Assembly (NCBI GenBank): GCA_963724295.1
Contig: CAVRUC010000010.1
Span: 288,001 to 352,000 of the forward strand
Source: an uncultured Chloroflexia bacterium
GTDB taxonomy: Bacteria > Chloroflexota > Chloroflexia > Thermomicrobiales > UBA6265
Direction: 5' to 3'
DNA length: 64,000 nt
The notes beneath the pieces were generated by a model. That model did not search any database. It saw nothing but the letters and a program-made list of their open reading frames with translations, and was not told where the DNA came from. A program made the position numbers and the translations under genes. Shown here piece by piece: positions 44,555 to 52,947 of the stretch. Each line of letters opens with the position of its first letter. Within the stretch, counting starts at the first letter, position 1.

Positions 44555-46114
44555 TTACGCCAGACTCCGTACGTTCGACCGCTCGCGCTCGACCAGCACC
44601 CGGCGAAGAATCTTGCCCGAGGCGGATCTCGGGATCTGCTCGACGAACTCCACGCGGCGGACCTTCTTGAACGGGGCGACCCGCGCGGCGACGAATGCCA
44701 TCACTTCCTCCGCCGTGACCGCTCCCTTTACGACCACGAATGCCTTAGGCACCTCGCCCGCGTGCTCATCCGGCGACGGGATCACCGCCGCGTCCGCGAT
44801 CGCCGGGTGGGCCAGGAGGACGGCCTCCAGTTCCGCCGGTGCGACCTGATAGGCGTTGTACTTGATCAGTTCCTTGAGTCGGTCGACGACGTAGAGCCAG
44901 CCGTCCTCGTCGACGTAGCCCAGATCGCCGGTGCGGAGCCACCCGTCCGCATCGATGGCCACCGCCGTTGCCTCGCGGTTGCGCCAGTAGCCCTTCATCA
45001 CCTGTGGCCCGCGCACCTGGATCTCGCCGTGCTGCTCCGGGCTGAGGGGGGTGCCCGTGGCGACGTCGACAATTCTGCATTCGGTGTTCGGCAGCGGCGG
45101 GCCGGCCGACCCTGGTCGTGGGCTGGCGACGGTGGAGACCTCGTGGGTCCGTGCGCTCGCTTCGGTCAGCGAGTATGCCTGCCGCACCGGGCAGCCGAGG
45201 CGCTCCTGACAGGCCTGCGCCGCGTCGTTGCCCAGCGGCGCCGCCACCCAGCGAACGAGACGGAGGTGGGAAAGGTCGTACTCATCGACGAGCGGGTGCC
45301 GCGCCAGGTCGCGCACGACCGGTGGCGGCAGGGTGACCTGGGTTGCGCGATAACCCTGCAGGAGTTGCAGGAAGGTAGTGAAGTCGTAGCGCGGGAGCAG
45401 CACCATCGTCACGCCGGCGCGGAGGCAGCTATTGAGTGTGACCAGCCCGGCGACGTGGAAGCAGGGAAAGATGGTCACGACCGTATCATCGGCTTCGAGC
45501 GATTCCACAATGGCCGCGTTCGCGACCAGGTTGCGGTGGGTGAGCATCACGCCCTTCGGTCGGCCGGTCGTGCCGCTGGAGTACGGAAGGGCAACGACAT
45601 CCTCGGCCGGATCGATCGCCACGCGTGGGGCTGGCCCCTCTCGTTCGTACAGCGAGGCGAACGGCGTGGCATCGGCCAGCGCACCGAGGACGAAGACCTC
45701 TTCGACGCCGGCCCGGCTTGCCGCCTGGCGCACCACCTCCCATCGCTCTGGTACGGTGAACACAAAGCGGGCACCGGCGTCACGGAGGTGGGCGGTCTGC
45801 TCGTCGACCGTGAGGAGGGGATTGAGCATCGTCGTCGCACCGCCGAGGGCGGCGACACCGTAGAAGGCCAGGGCGAAGTCCGGGACGTTGGGCACGACGG
45901 TGGCGAAGACGTCGCCTTTCGCGAACCCGCGCGTCGCGAGGCCGATGGCGGTACGACGGATGCCCTCGGCAAGGTGACCGTACGTGAGCGTGCGTCCGGT
46001 TGAGCCATCGACCAACGCGGGTTTGTCGGCCAAGCGGTCACTGTGACGCAAGACGACATCGACCAAGGAAACATCCGGAATCTCGACGTCGGGGCGAGGA
46101 CCGCGAAAGATCAT
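44555..46114 (-). CDS. AMP-binding acyl-CoA ligase (4-coumarate-CoA ligase-like)
   Basis: YSSGTTGRPKG, GEIQVRG, GWLRTGDLG, DRLKELIK, SGKILRR; ATGA overlap with upstream gene. Confidence 0.9.
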   Translation of the reverse strand: MIFRGPRPDVEIPDVSLVDVVLRHSDRLADKPALVDGSTGRTLTYGHLAEGIRRTAIGLATRGFAKGDVFATVVPNVPDFALAFYGVAALGGATTMLNPLLTVDEQTAHLRDAGARFVFTVPERWEVVRQAASRAGVEEVFVLGALADATPFASLYEREGPAPRVAIDPAEDVVALPYSSGTTGRPKGVMLTHRNLVANAAIVESLEADDTVVTIFPCFHVAGLVTLNSCLRAGVTMVLLPRYDFTTFLQLLQGYRATQVTLPPPVVRDLARHPLVDEYDLSHLRLVRWVAAPLGNDAAQACQERLGCPVRQAYSLTEASARTHEVSTVASPRPGSAGPPLPNTECRIVDVATGTPLSPEQHGEIQVRGPQVMKGYWRNREATAVAIDADGWLRTGDLGYVDEDGWLYVVDRLKELIKYNAYQVAPAELEAVLLAHPAIADAAVIPSPDEHAGEVPKAFVVVKGAVTAEEVMAFVAARVAPFKKVRRVEFVEQIPRSASGKILRRVLVERERSNVRSLA

Positions 46115-47178
46115 GCCGTTTCCCTTCCCCACGCTGTGCCGTACTGCTCATGTGCCGATGGAACCGTCTGCAATCCCGCGATCACGTCCGCGTAGGCCGT
46201 CGTGTGCTGGATAAAGCCAGCCGGCAGTGGCAGTGCCACAACGTCGATGATGCCGCCCAGGCGGGCGCGGAGGTGGTCGACGAGGGTCGCGAAGGTGCCG
46301 GAGGTGCAGAAGGCGTCGATCACCTCGTCGGGCACGGCGGAGCCGAGTTCGTCCCACCGTCCTGCGCCCGCCAGGCGCCGCAGCTCTGCGTGAAGGGTCT
46401 CCCAGCCGTGGTGCGCGAGCACCGGCAGGTACGCCGGCGTCGAACCGTAGAACCCGATCCGCCGCCGCGCCTCCTCGCGCTCCCGGCGCACGGTTGCCTC
46501 GTCGGCGCCCGTGGCCAGGAACCCCCCACCCACAACGCGAAAGGTGGCGAGCGAGCGACCAGCTCGTGCCGCGCCGCGTTCGACGTGCGGCCAGACCACG
46601 TCGCGGAGATAGGCAGGAGTGGTGAGAGGGTGCACGCGCACGCCGTCGCAGAGTTCGCCGGCCAGCTCGATGTTGTAGGGATTGACCGCCGCGAGTTCGA
46701 TCCGGATGGGGCCGAACCGCGAGGGCGGCAGACTGAAGGCCGGGGTCATCAGCGAGAGACGGTAGAAACGGCCTTCGTAGCGCAACGGTTCCCCCGTGTC
46801 CCAGGAGCGCCAGATGGCACGGAGCGCCTCGACGTACTCCCGGAGCCGTGGTCCGGGGTGGGACCACTCCAGACCGAAGCGGCGCTCGATGTGAGCCTTG
46901 ACCTGGGTCCCGAGTCCGAGGACGAAGCGGCCACAGGTCAGGTCGCAGAGGTTCCGGGCGAGGTAGGCCACGGTCGTCGGGCTGCGCGGGAACGCGATGG
47001 CCACGCTCGTCGCCAGGTCGACCCGCCGCGTCCCCGCCGCGAGGACGGCAAGGGCGAGGAAGGGGTCGCGCGTGAGCTCCGCGTGCGCGATTGCGTCGGC
47101 GCCAAGCGCCTCCGCAGCCGCCGCGAGCGCGGGCAGGTCCGACCAGTCGGCGTCCGGCAGGTAGGTTTCGACGAGCAT
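46111..47178 (-). CDS. F420-dependent LLM-class oxidoreductase (TIGR03617-like)
   Basis: DPF, AIAFPRSP, LGLGTQVKAHIERRFG, FYGSTPAY. Confidence 0.88.
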   Translation of the reverse strand: MLVETYLPDADWSDLPALAAAAEALGADAIAHAELTRDPFLALAVLAAGTRRVDLATSVAIAFPRSPTTVAYLARNLCDLTCGRFVLGLGTQVKAHIERRFGLEWSHPGPRLREYVEALRAIWRSWDTGEPLRYEGRFYRLSLMTPAFSLPPSRFGPIRIELAAVNPYNIELAGELCDGVRVHPLTTPAYLRDVVWPHVERGAARAGRSLATFRVVGGGFLATGADEATVRREREEARRRIGFYGSTPAYLPVLAHHGWETLHAELRRLAGAGRWDELGSAVPDEVIDAFCTSGTFATLVDHLRARLGGIIDVVALPLPAGFIQHTTAYADVIAGLQTVPSAHEQYGTAWGRETA

Positions 47179-47454
47179 CGCGTCCCCAAGATGGCGAGGC
47201 CATTGACGAGTGTCCCGATGAACAGATGCTATCGCGTGCGTCGGGGGCGAAGGCACTCCCTTCCGGCCGCCGACTTCGGTCGAGGTTCGGCCGAACATCA
47301 GCCATGGGCGTCTCGCGGCGCGTCGATTCGACCGGGGTGAGATGCGTCCGGGCAGCTTCTCAGGCGGTGAGCATAGACGATCCGCCGACCTGCGGGGCGC
47401 GGACGACGACAGAGAGCGCTGAAGATCACAGTCAAGCGGAAAATCGGAGAGGGT

Positions 47455-47482
47455 GGTTCCGGTAATGGGCGTTATAGGAACC
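47455..47482. other. dif-like 11-6-11 tyrosine recombinase site candidate
   Basis: GGTTCCGGTAA-TGGGCG-TTATAGGAACC. Confidence 0.6.
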
Positions 47483-47878
47483 GCGCTCACCGTGGAAAAG
47501 GAGTGGAGGCCGCCCTCCTCATCGCCGGAGCGACCTGACAGGCGTCCCGCCAGCATTGCTTTTCATGCACCGGTGGTGGCTCGTAGAGCCATGACGTAGT
47601 TATGGGAACCGAGCGCGGAAACAGCGACAACGCGGCGGCAGGCCGGATCTCCGCTCGGCCTGCCGCCTGTGGTCCATCGTGAAGGGCTAGCTGGTCGAGG
47701 CGGCGGGGTTTGGCGGGACCGAGCATCGGGGACTCCGGGGCGCAGGTCGGCTCGGAAGAGCGGTCAGTCTTGCGTCAGCGCGAAGGGCGGGGCTGCACGA
47801 ACCGACCAAGCGAGTACGCTCGCGTCTGCCAACGACTCCCCCTCGCAGGAGGCGGTTAGTGCAAGACTGAGGATCGCT

Positions 47879-48658
47879 ATGAGCGAACACGCAAGCCGTG
47901 CCGCAACCCAAGAGGTCGTCCGCTCTGTCCTGGCGGCCGACTGCGCCTGTCCGGCGTCGGCCTTTGTCGAGGACGGACTGTTCGTCACCACCGCTGAAGA
48001 GCGGCCCGGGCGACGACGCTATCCACGGTCGGCCAAGCCGTTGGGCCTCGTGACCATGGGCCGAGGTGTCGTAGTGTCTTGTCACCCCACGTGGATCGCC
48101 TGGCTGCAAGAGACACTCGGCAATCGCTCCCGCGACACGATTTTCTCGGCACCAACGATCACTGAGTTGACCCGATTCGTGGCGCAAGAGGGTGAAGTGC
48201 TCCTCGGTCCGGCCCTCAGCCATGTCTGTGCCCACGAGGCCTTCCGCCCTGCCGTCGATCCGGCCGGCGTCATCTTCAGTGTCGTCGAGGGGAAGGACGT
48301 CTACGATCTCTACCAACACTTCGACTACGAGGACGCCCTCGACTATGAACCCGACTACCCGCGGCCGGATGTTGCAGCCGCCGTCGCCCGTCGCGCGGGG
48401 CGCATCATCGGGATCGCCGGTATGAGTGCGGATAGTGACGCCTTGTGGCAAATCGGCATCGTGGTCGTTGCTGAGGAGCGCGCAGCGGGCATCGGGCGTG
48501 CGCTCGTTGGCCGCCTGACGGAGTACGCCTTCCGGCGAAACCGCGTTCCGTTCTACACGGCCGACGTTGGCAACGTGCGCTCCCACGCGCTGGCCGCCAG
48601 CCTTGGCTATTGGCCGGCGTGGGTGGAACTCGTCGCCAGGGAACGGGGTCCCGCTTGA
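47879..48658 (+). CDS. GNAT family N-acetyltransferase
   Basis: LWQIGIVV..ERAAGIGRALV, VPFY..NVRS..LA..LGY. Confidence 0.85.
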   Translation: MSEHASRAATQEVVRSVLAADCACPASAFVEDGLFVTTAEERPGRRRYPRSAKPLGLVTMGRGVVVSCHPTWIAWLQETLGNRSRDTIFSAPTITELTRFVAQEGEVLLGPALSHVCAHEAFRPAVDPAGVIFSVVEGKDVYDLYQHFDYEDALDYEPDYPRPDVAAAVARRAGRIIGIAGMSADSDALWQIGIVVVAEERAAGIGRALVGRLTEYAFRRNRVPFYTADVGNVRSHALAASLGYWPAWVELVARERGPA

Positions 48659-48691
48659 CCACCGGACCACAATTGTCACCGCGCTAGGGCG

Positions 48692-48859
48692 TTATCGGAA
48701 CCGAGTGGGTGCTACGGCGCTCTCAGCGATTACCGGGCACCCACCATCTACGGGGGACTCAGCGACCGCCATCGCCTGGCGGTTCCGCTCCCGGAGTGCC
48801 GTACTCCCTTCGATGTCGGTGAAGAGGACGATGCGGTTACCTAACGGGAGATCGGGCAT
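48692..48859 (-). pseudogene. N-terminal remnant of a class III adenylate/guanylate cyclase protein
   Basis: MPDLPLGNRIVLFTDIEGSTAL; similarity is lost after ~33 codons. Confidence 0.7.
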
Positions 48860-48865
48860 GATCCA

Positions 48866-49033
48866 TCACTGTACGACGTGGTTGATCAGCGCCCGCACGT
48901 CCCACTCGTCGTCCGGTGTGGGTAGGGTCATCTGCTCGGGTCGCACGTTGCTGAGCACCGCGAGGAAGACGCCGTGGGCCTCCCTGAGCTGGTCAAGTGG
49001 ATGCCCGGTTACCGGCTGCTGTTGATCGGTCAC
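48866..49033 (-). pseudogene. N-terminal part of the interrupted TIGR03086 gene
   Basis: RBS GGAGG + GTG; ..VRPEQMTLPTPDDEWDVRALINHVV then stop inside island end. Confidence 0.85.
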
Positions 49034-49049
49034 TGGGCCTCCATGTTTC

Positions 49050-49213
49050 GAGTCGAGAAGTCGAGAAGTCGAGAGGTCGAGGAGAAGACGGCAAGGAAGA
49101 GATAACGCTGACAGCTCCCTTGCTGACCACTCCCGTACCGGTGGGCGTGCACTTGGAGAGTATCGTGGTGCCTGCCTCTCGTAGCCTTTGCACTCTTTGC
49201 AGCCTTTGCATCC
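49050..49213. repeat. Short tandem 8/9-mer repeats
   Basis: (AGTCGAGA)x4 at ~49050-49082; (CTTTGCANN)-like x3 at ~49184-49213. Confidence 0.65.
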
Positions 49214-49293
49214 TTCGCCCCTGGAAAGGCCCGCCGCCGGACAGCGCTGTCCGGCGGTCTCCCGTTGCTCGGTTGACGTGATCTTGCGTGAAG

Positions 49294-49959
49294 TTACGCG
49301 CCCTCGCCGCCTGGACGCAGGGCGAAGTCGATGATCTCGTCGATCAGCAGGCGATCGTCCTGGCGCTCGAAGATGACGTAGACGGTGTCGAGTTGTCCGC
49401 CGCTCTCGTCGACGACGAAGGCGCCGACCCGCCCGTCACCCAGGTCCATCACGTCGGTGATCGCGATCACCCGCTCATCCACCATCCCGTCCATCTCGGC
49501 CGCTGGACTCGCCTCGAGGAACGCCCGAGCTTCCTCCATGGTCGTGCCCGGCTCCCCGCCGAAGCTGCGCACGAGGTCTTCTGTGAACAGCGCCGTGCCC
49601 CGAATGAAGTCTCCAGTCGCAAAGCAGCCAAAGAGCTCACTCACGACGCTGACGGCCTCGCCTGCGGTCGCCTCGTCTGCCGGAGGGCCGACTGGAACGG
49701 TCAGCGAGGTGGACTGCGCTCCCGTCAACGGGGTCGCGGCGGGTACAGGGCTCCCCTCGGGGGTGTACCAGAGCGCAAGCAGCTCATCGGTGGAGCGAGG
49801 TTCGACCTGGCACGAGGCCGGATCCGGAGTGATCGGAAAGGTCCTCGCGCCCGCTGTTGGCGTGGCGTCTTGCGCCGCAACCGGTGCGGTCATGACCGCC
49901 GCCAGGGCAGCAGCGAGGGTGCTCGCGGTGAGGCGAGAAACGGGCAGAATCATCGGCAT
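49294..49959 (-). CDS. Secreted hypothetical protein
   Basis: Signal peptide ending AAQDATP; paired Cys (SCQVEPR, FGCF); RBS GGAGG. Confidence 0.75.
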   Translation of the reverse strand: MPMILPVSRLTASTLAAALAAVMTAPVAAQDATPTAGARTFPITPDPASCQVEPRSTDELLALWYTPEGSPVPAATPLTGAQSTSLTVPVGPPADEATAGEAVSVVSELFGCFATGDFIRGTALFTEDLVRSFGGEPGTTMEEARAFLEASPAAEMDGMVDERVIAITDVMDLGDGRVGAFVVDESGGQLDTVYVIFERQDDRLLIDEIIDFALRPGGEGA

Positions 49960-50106
49960 CGCGTCCTCCTTCTCGCAAACAAACGCGGGTCGCCTCGGTA
50001 GCGACCCGGTGCTGGGAGGTTACGCAACAGTCAGGCCAGTGCAACCGAGACTCGCGTGAAGAGCCCGCGGCGAACAGGCGGCATTAGCCGCGACAGGTAT
50101 CCCGCC

Positions 50107-51075
50107 TCATCCAGCGTCGCCAATCATGCCGAAGAGCTGGTTGAGGAGTGCCTCGAAGTCTGGTAACGCCGATTCCTGGCCGGTCAGGAAGAGGAACCCG
50201 ACGATCAAGCTGAAGACCGCGGCGAAGACGCCGAAGACGAGATAGACGGTACGCCGGGTGCTCGCCGAAACGAAGCCAAACGCGGAGAAGGCTGCGACCA
50301 GGGAGTTGGACATCAGCAACCCAAGAGCAAAGAACAGGAGCAGCGCGGTGCCGGTGGCCTGGGCCGTAGCCCCGACCGCGCCGGCGAGGAGGAGCGCCTG
50401 AGATCCCGTCTCGGCACCGATGCCATGCAGGACACCGATGCCGAAGGCAGTTCCCGGACCGTACTGGGTTAGCTCATGATGGTGGGCCCTGGGCTGGCCG
50501 GTGACGCGGCTGCGCAGCCGCTCCCAACCGTTGCGCGCCAGGGCGATGAGCACCATCCAGCGACTCTGCAGGCGGAAGTCACGGCCGTACCGCACGAGAG
50601 AATAGATGATCCAGACGCCGAGGAAGATCAGCGTGATGCCGACAATCCGGCCCATGAGCGGGTCGATCCAATGGGGCAGCAGCGTTCCGAACCAGATCGC
50701 GAGGAGGCCGAGGGCAACGACCAGAGAGGCATGGCCAAGGGCATACATCGTGGCCAGGAAGAAGCCGCGCCAAGCCTCCTGCCGCCGGTGCCGCGGCGTC
50801 TCAACTCGTGCCATCTCGCCATACTGGGCATTCGCTACGTGCATCTCGCCCAGCCCGGACGCAGCGGCGACCGCGAGCGTTCCGGCCTGGGGCGTCGGGG
50901 CTGCGGCTCTCGCGAGCGACGACACAGTGTGAGCACTCTCCCTCGTGGTTTCATCAGTTGTCGCGGCCGCGCTGGTTATGTCGGTGATCGCGGCGAGGTG
51001 ATCCCAGTCGATGCCGTGACGCAGCCCGAGCGCAATGCCCAGTCCGGCAAGTGACAAGATCCCCGGGTCGGCCAT
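50107..51075 (-). CDS. NiCoT/HoxN-like nickel/cobalt permease
   Basis: LGLRHGIDWDHLAAI, YALGH, GVLHGIGAET. Confidence 0.8.
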   Translation of the reverse strand: MADPGILSLAGLGIALGLRHGIDWDHLAAITDITSAAATTDETTRESAHTVSSLARAAAPTPQAGTLAVAAASGLGEMHVANAQYGEMARVETPRHRRQEAWRGFFLATMYALGHASLVVALGLLAIWFGTLLPHWIDPLMGRIVGITLIFLGVWIIYSLVRYGRDFRLQSRWMVLIALARNGWERLRSRVTGQPRAHHHELTQYGPGTAFGIGVLHGIGAETGSQALLLAGAVGATAQATGTALLLFFALGLLMSNSLVAAFSAFGFVSASTRRTVYLVFGVFAAVFSLIVGFLFLTGQESALPDFEALLNQLFGMIGDAG

Positions 51076-51150
51076 GTCAGTCAGTTTCCTCCGAGTCAAG
51101 CCGGGCGACATGCCGCATACAGCGTGGCCTGCTATTTCAACACTATGCAG

Positions 51151-51166
51151 ATGCGAAGATTCGCAT
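51151..51166. promoter_or_regulatory. Palindrome between divergent permease and Fur genes (candidate operator)
   Basis: ATGCGAA-GA-TTCGCAT. Confidence 0.35.
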
Positions 51167-51293
51167 TTCCGTACTGGGGGATACTATTAGGGTCGCGGCC
51201 CGCAGTCAAGAGACTCGACGTGCGGCATGCGGTGGAACCGCGAGAGAGATTCGCTCCTGATATTGTCGTCTCCATAACAGCGATGGGAGCCTG

Positions 51294-51791
51294 ATGAGCC
51301 GCGAACGAAATGGCATGAACGGCACCGAAGATCCGACGAGCACGCGTGGCCTGGCGGATCGATTGCGCCGTGTTGGGCAGCGGGTCACGCCGCAGCGGCT
51401 GGTCATCCTGGGGGCGCTCAGACCGGGCGAGCATCTGGCCGCCGACGAGATCTTCGCCCGCGTCGAGTCGCTCCTGCCGGGGGTCAACCGCTCGACGGTC
51501 TACCGCACGCTGGAGCTGTTCCGCGATCTGGGGTTGGTCAGCATGACCGACCTGGGCGGCGGGGCGCGGCAGTTCGAGCTGATCGACGACCTGCATCATC
51601 ACCTGATTTGCCACCGTTGCGGTGAGATCCTGGAATTGGACGATGACCTGGTCGATCCGCTCCGCGATGGCATCCGCGCCCGCTACGGTTTTGCGCCGGC
51701 CATCGATCACCTGGCGATCTTCGGTTTCTGCTCCGTCTGCACCCGCGTGGCGGATAGTCGCGAAGGCGGCCCGAGCGGTGAGCGTCAGTAG
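51294..51791 (+). CDS. Fur family regulator (Nur/Zur-like)
   Basis: RVTPQR, STVYRTL, HHHLICHRCG, CSVC. Confidence 0.92.
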   Translation: MSRERNGMNGTEDPTSTRGLADRLRRVGQRVTPQRLVILGALRPGEHLAADEIFARVESLLPGVNRSTVYRTLELFRDLGLVSMTDLGGGARQFELIDDLHHHLICHRCGEILELDDDLVDPLRDGIRARYGFAPAIDHLAIFGFCSVCTRVADSREGGPSGERQ

Positions 51792-52362
51792 CGCACCCTT
51801 GCCACCCGCGGCAGCAATTCGTCGCGTGGACCGGCTTTTTCCGCAAGAGCTTGACGATCTGACAGAGGTGCTGGTCTCCTGCGTCGCCGAGGGCGCGTCG
51901 CTGGGCTTCCATGCGCCCCTGTCCCCGGATGTGGCCCATGACTGGTGGGCAGGGATCCCGCGAGATGGAGTGATTCTGCTCGTCGCGGAGCGTGACGGCC
52001 GCATCGTGGGGACCGTACAGCTCCAGCCCGCGGAGAGCGAGAACGGCGCGCACCGGGGTGAGGTCGCCAAGCTGCTGGTGCATCCAGAGTGGCGACGCCA
52101 AGGCATCGCCCGCGCCCTGATGGTGGCCCTCGAGGAAGAAGCGCGCGCGGCAGGCAAGACGCTGCTCGTGCTCGACACTCGCGAGGGCGACCCCAGCAAC
52201 GATCTCTATCGCGCGCTCGCCTATCGTGAAGCCGGCCGTATCCCCGGCTGGGCTCGCGACGCCAGTGGCAGGCCGAGCGCCACCGTTTTCTGGTACAAGC
52301 CGCTGGAGTCTCCATCTGAGATCGGTGGGCGTGGTGGCGCCGGAGCCCGTGCTCCATCGTAG
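51778..52362 (+). CDS. GNAT family N-acetyltransferase
   Basis: GASLGF, HRGEVAKLLVHPEWRRQGIA, LLVLDT. Confidence 0.88.
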   Translation: MSVSSAPLPPAAAIRRVDRLFPQELDDLTEVLVSCVAEGASLGFHAPLSPDVAHDWWAGIPRDGVILLVAERDGRIVGTVQLQPAESENGAHRGEVAKLLVHPEWRRQGIARALMVALEEEARAAGKTLLVLDTREGDPSNDLYRALAYREAGRIPGWARDASGRPSATVFWYKPLESPSEIGGRGGAGARAPS

Positions 52363-52453
52363 GGACGATCATCACGAGTCGCGGCTGAAGAGAATGGCGG
52401 GCGTCACCGATCACCTGCGCCGTGATGCGGTGTGCTGGCAAGCGGGGTGAGTC

Positions 52454-52771
52454 GTGCAGCGAGTCGCGTTCCGACTGCGGGTCAGACCTGAGCGGCTGGC
52501 GGAGTACAAGCGGCTTCACCAGGAAGTCTGGCCGGAATTGCTGAACGACATGCGGGCGGCCTCGATTCGCAACTACTCGATCTTCGCCGACGGCCCGGAG
52601 CTGTTCGGCTATCTCGAGTGCGACGATTGGGACGCCGCCACGGAGGCCCTGGCACGGTCCGATGCCAACCGGCGCTGGCAGGAGCTGATGAGCGACTATC
52701 TCGCCACACCGGTCGACCCGGACGCCCCCGAGCCACTACGGATGATGGAAGAAGTGTTCCGGCTGGAGTGA
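52454..52771 (+). CDS. L-rhamnose mutarotase family protein
   Basis: EYKRLHQEVWPE, IRNYSIF, MEEVFRLE. Confidence 0.88.
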   Translation: MQRVAFRLRVRPERLAEYKRLHQEVWPELLNDMRAASIRNYSIFADGPELFGYLECDDWDAATEALARSDANRRWQELMSDYLATPVDPDAPEPLRMMEEVFRLE

Positions 52772-52935
52772 GGGTGGTGGGGTGATGAGGTGAGACGAGG
52801 GTGACGGGGTCTCAGGGTGGCAGGGTGGCAGGACGAACGATGCCCGCCACCCTGCCACCGTGAGCGCAGCGAACAACCACCCTGCCACCACGTGCATCGG
52901 CAGGCGCGCAGCGAGTCATCACCCTATGACCCACG
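52770..52935. repeat. Modular palindromic intergenic repeat
   Basis: ACGAGGGTGACGGGGTCTCAGGGTGGCAGGGTGGCAGG...CCACCCTGCCACCGTGAGCGCAGCGAAC. Confidence 0.8.
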
Positions 52936-52947
52936 TGAGGAGGCGAC

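Larger units (their letters stand above)
44029..48882. mobile_element. ~4.8 kb integrated island bounded by 10-bp direct repeat ACGACGTGGT
   Basis: Repeat at 44029-44038 and 48873-48882; deletion restores the interrupted ORF in frame. Confidence 0.8.
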
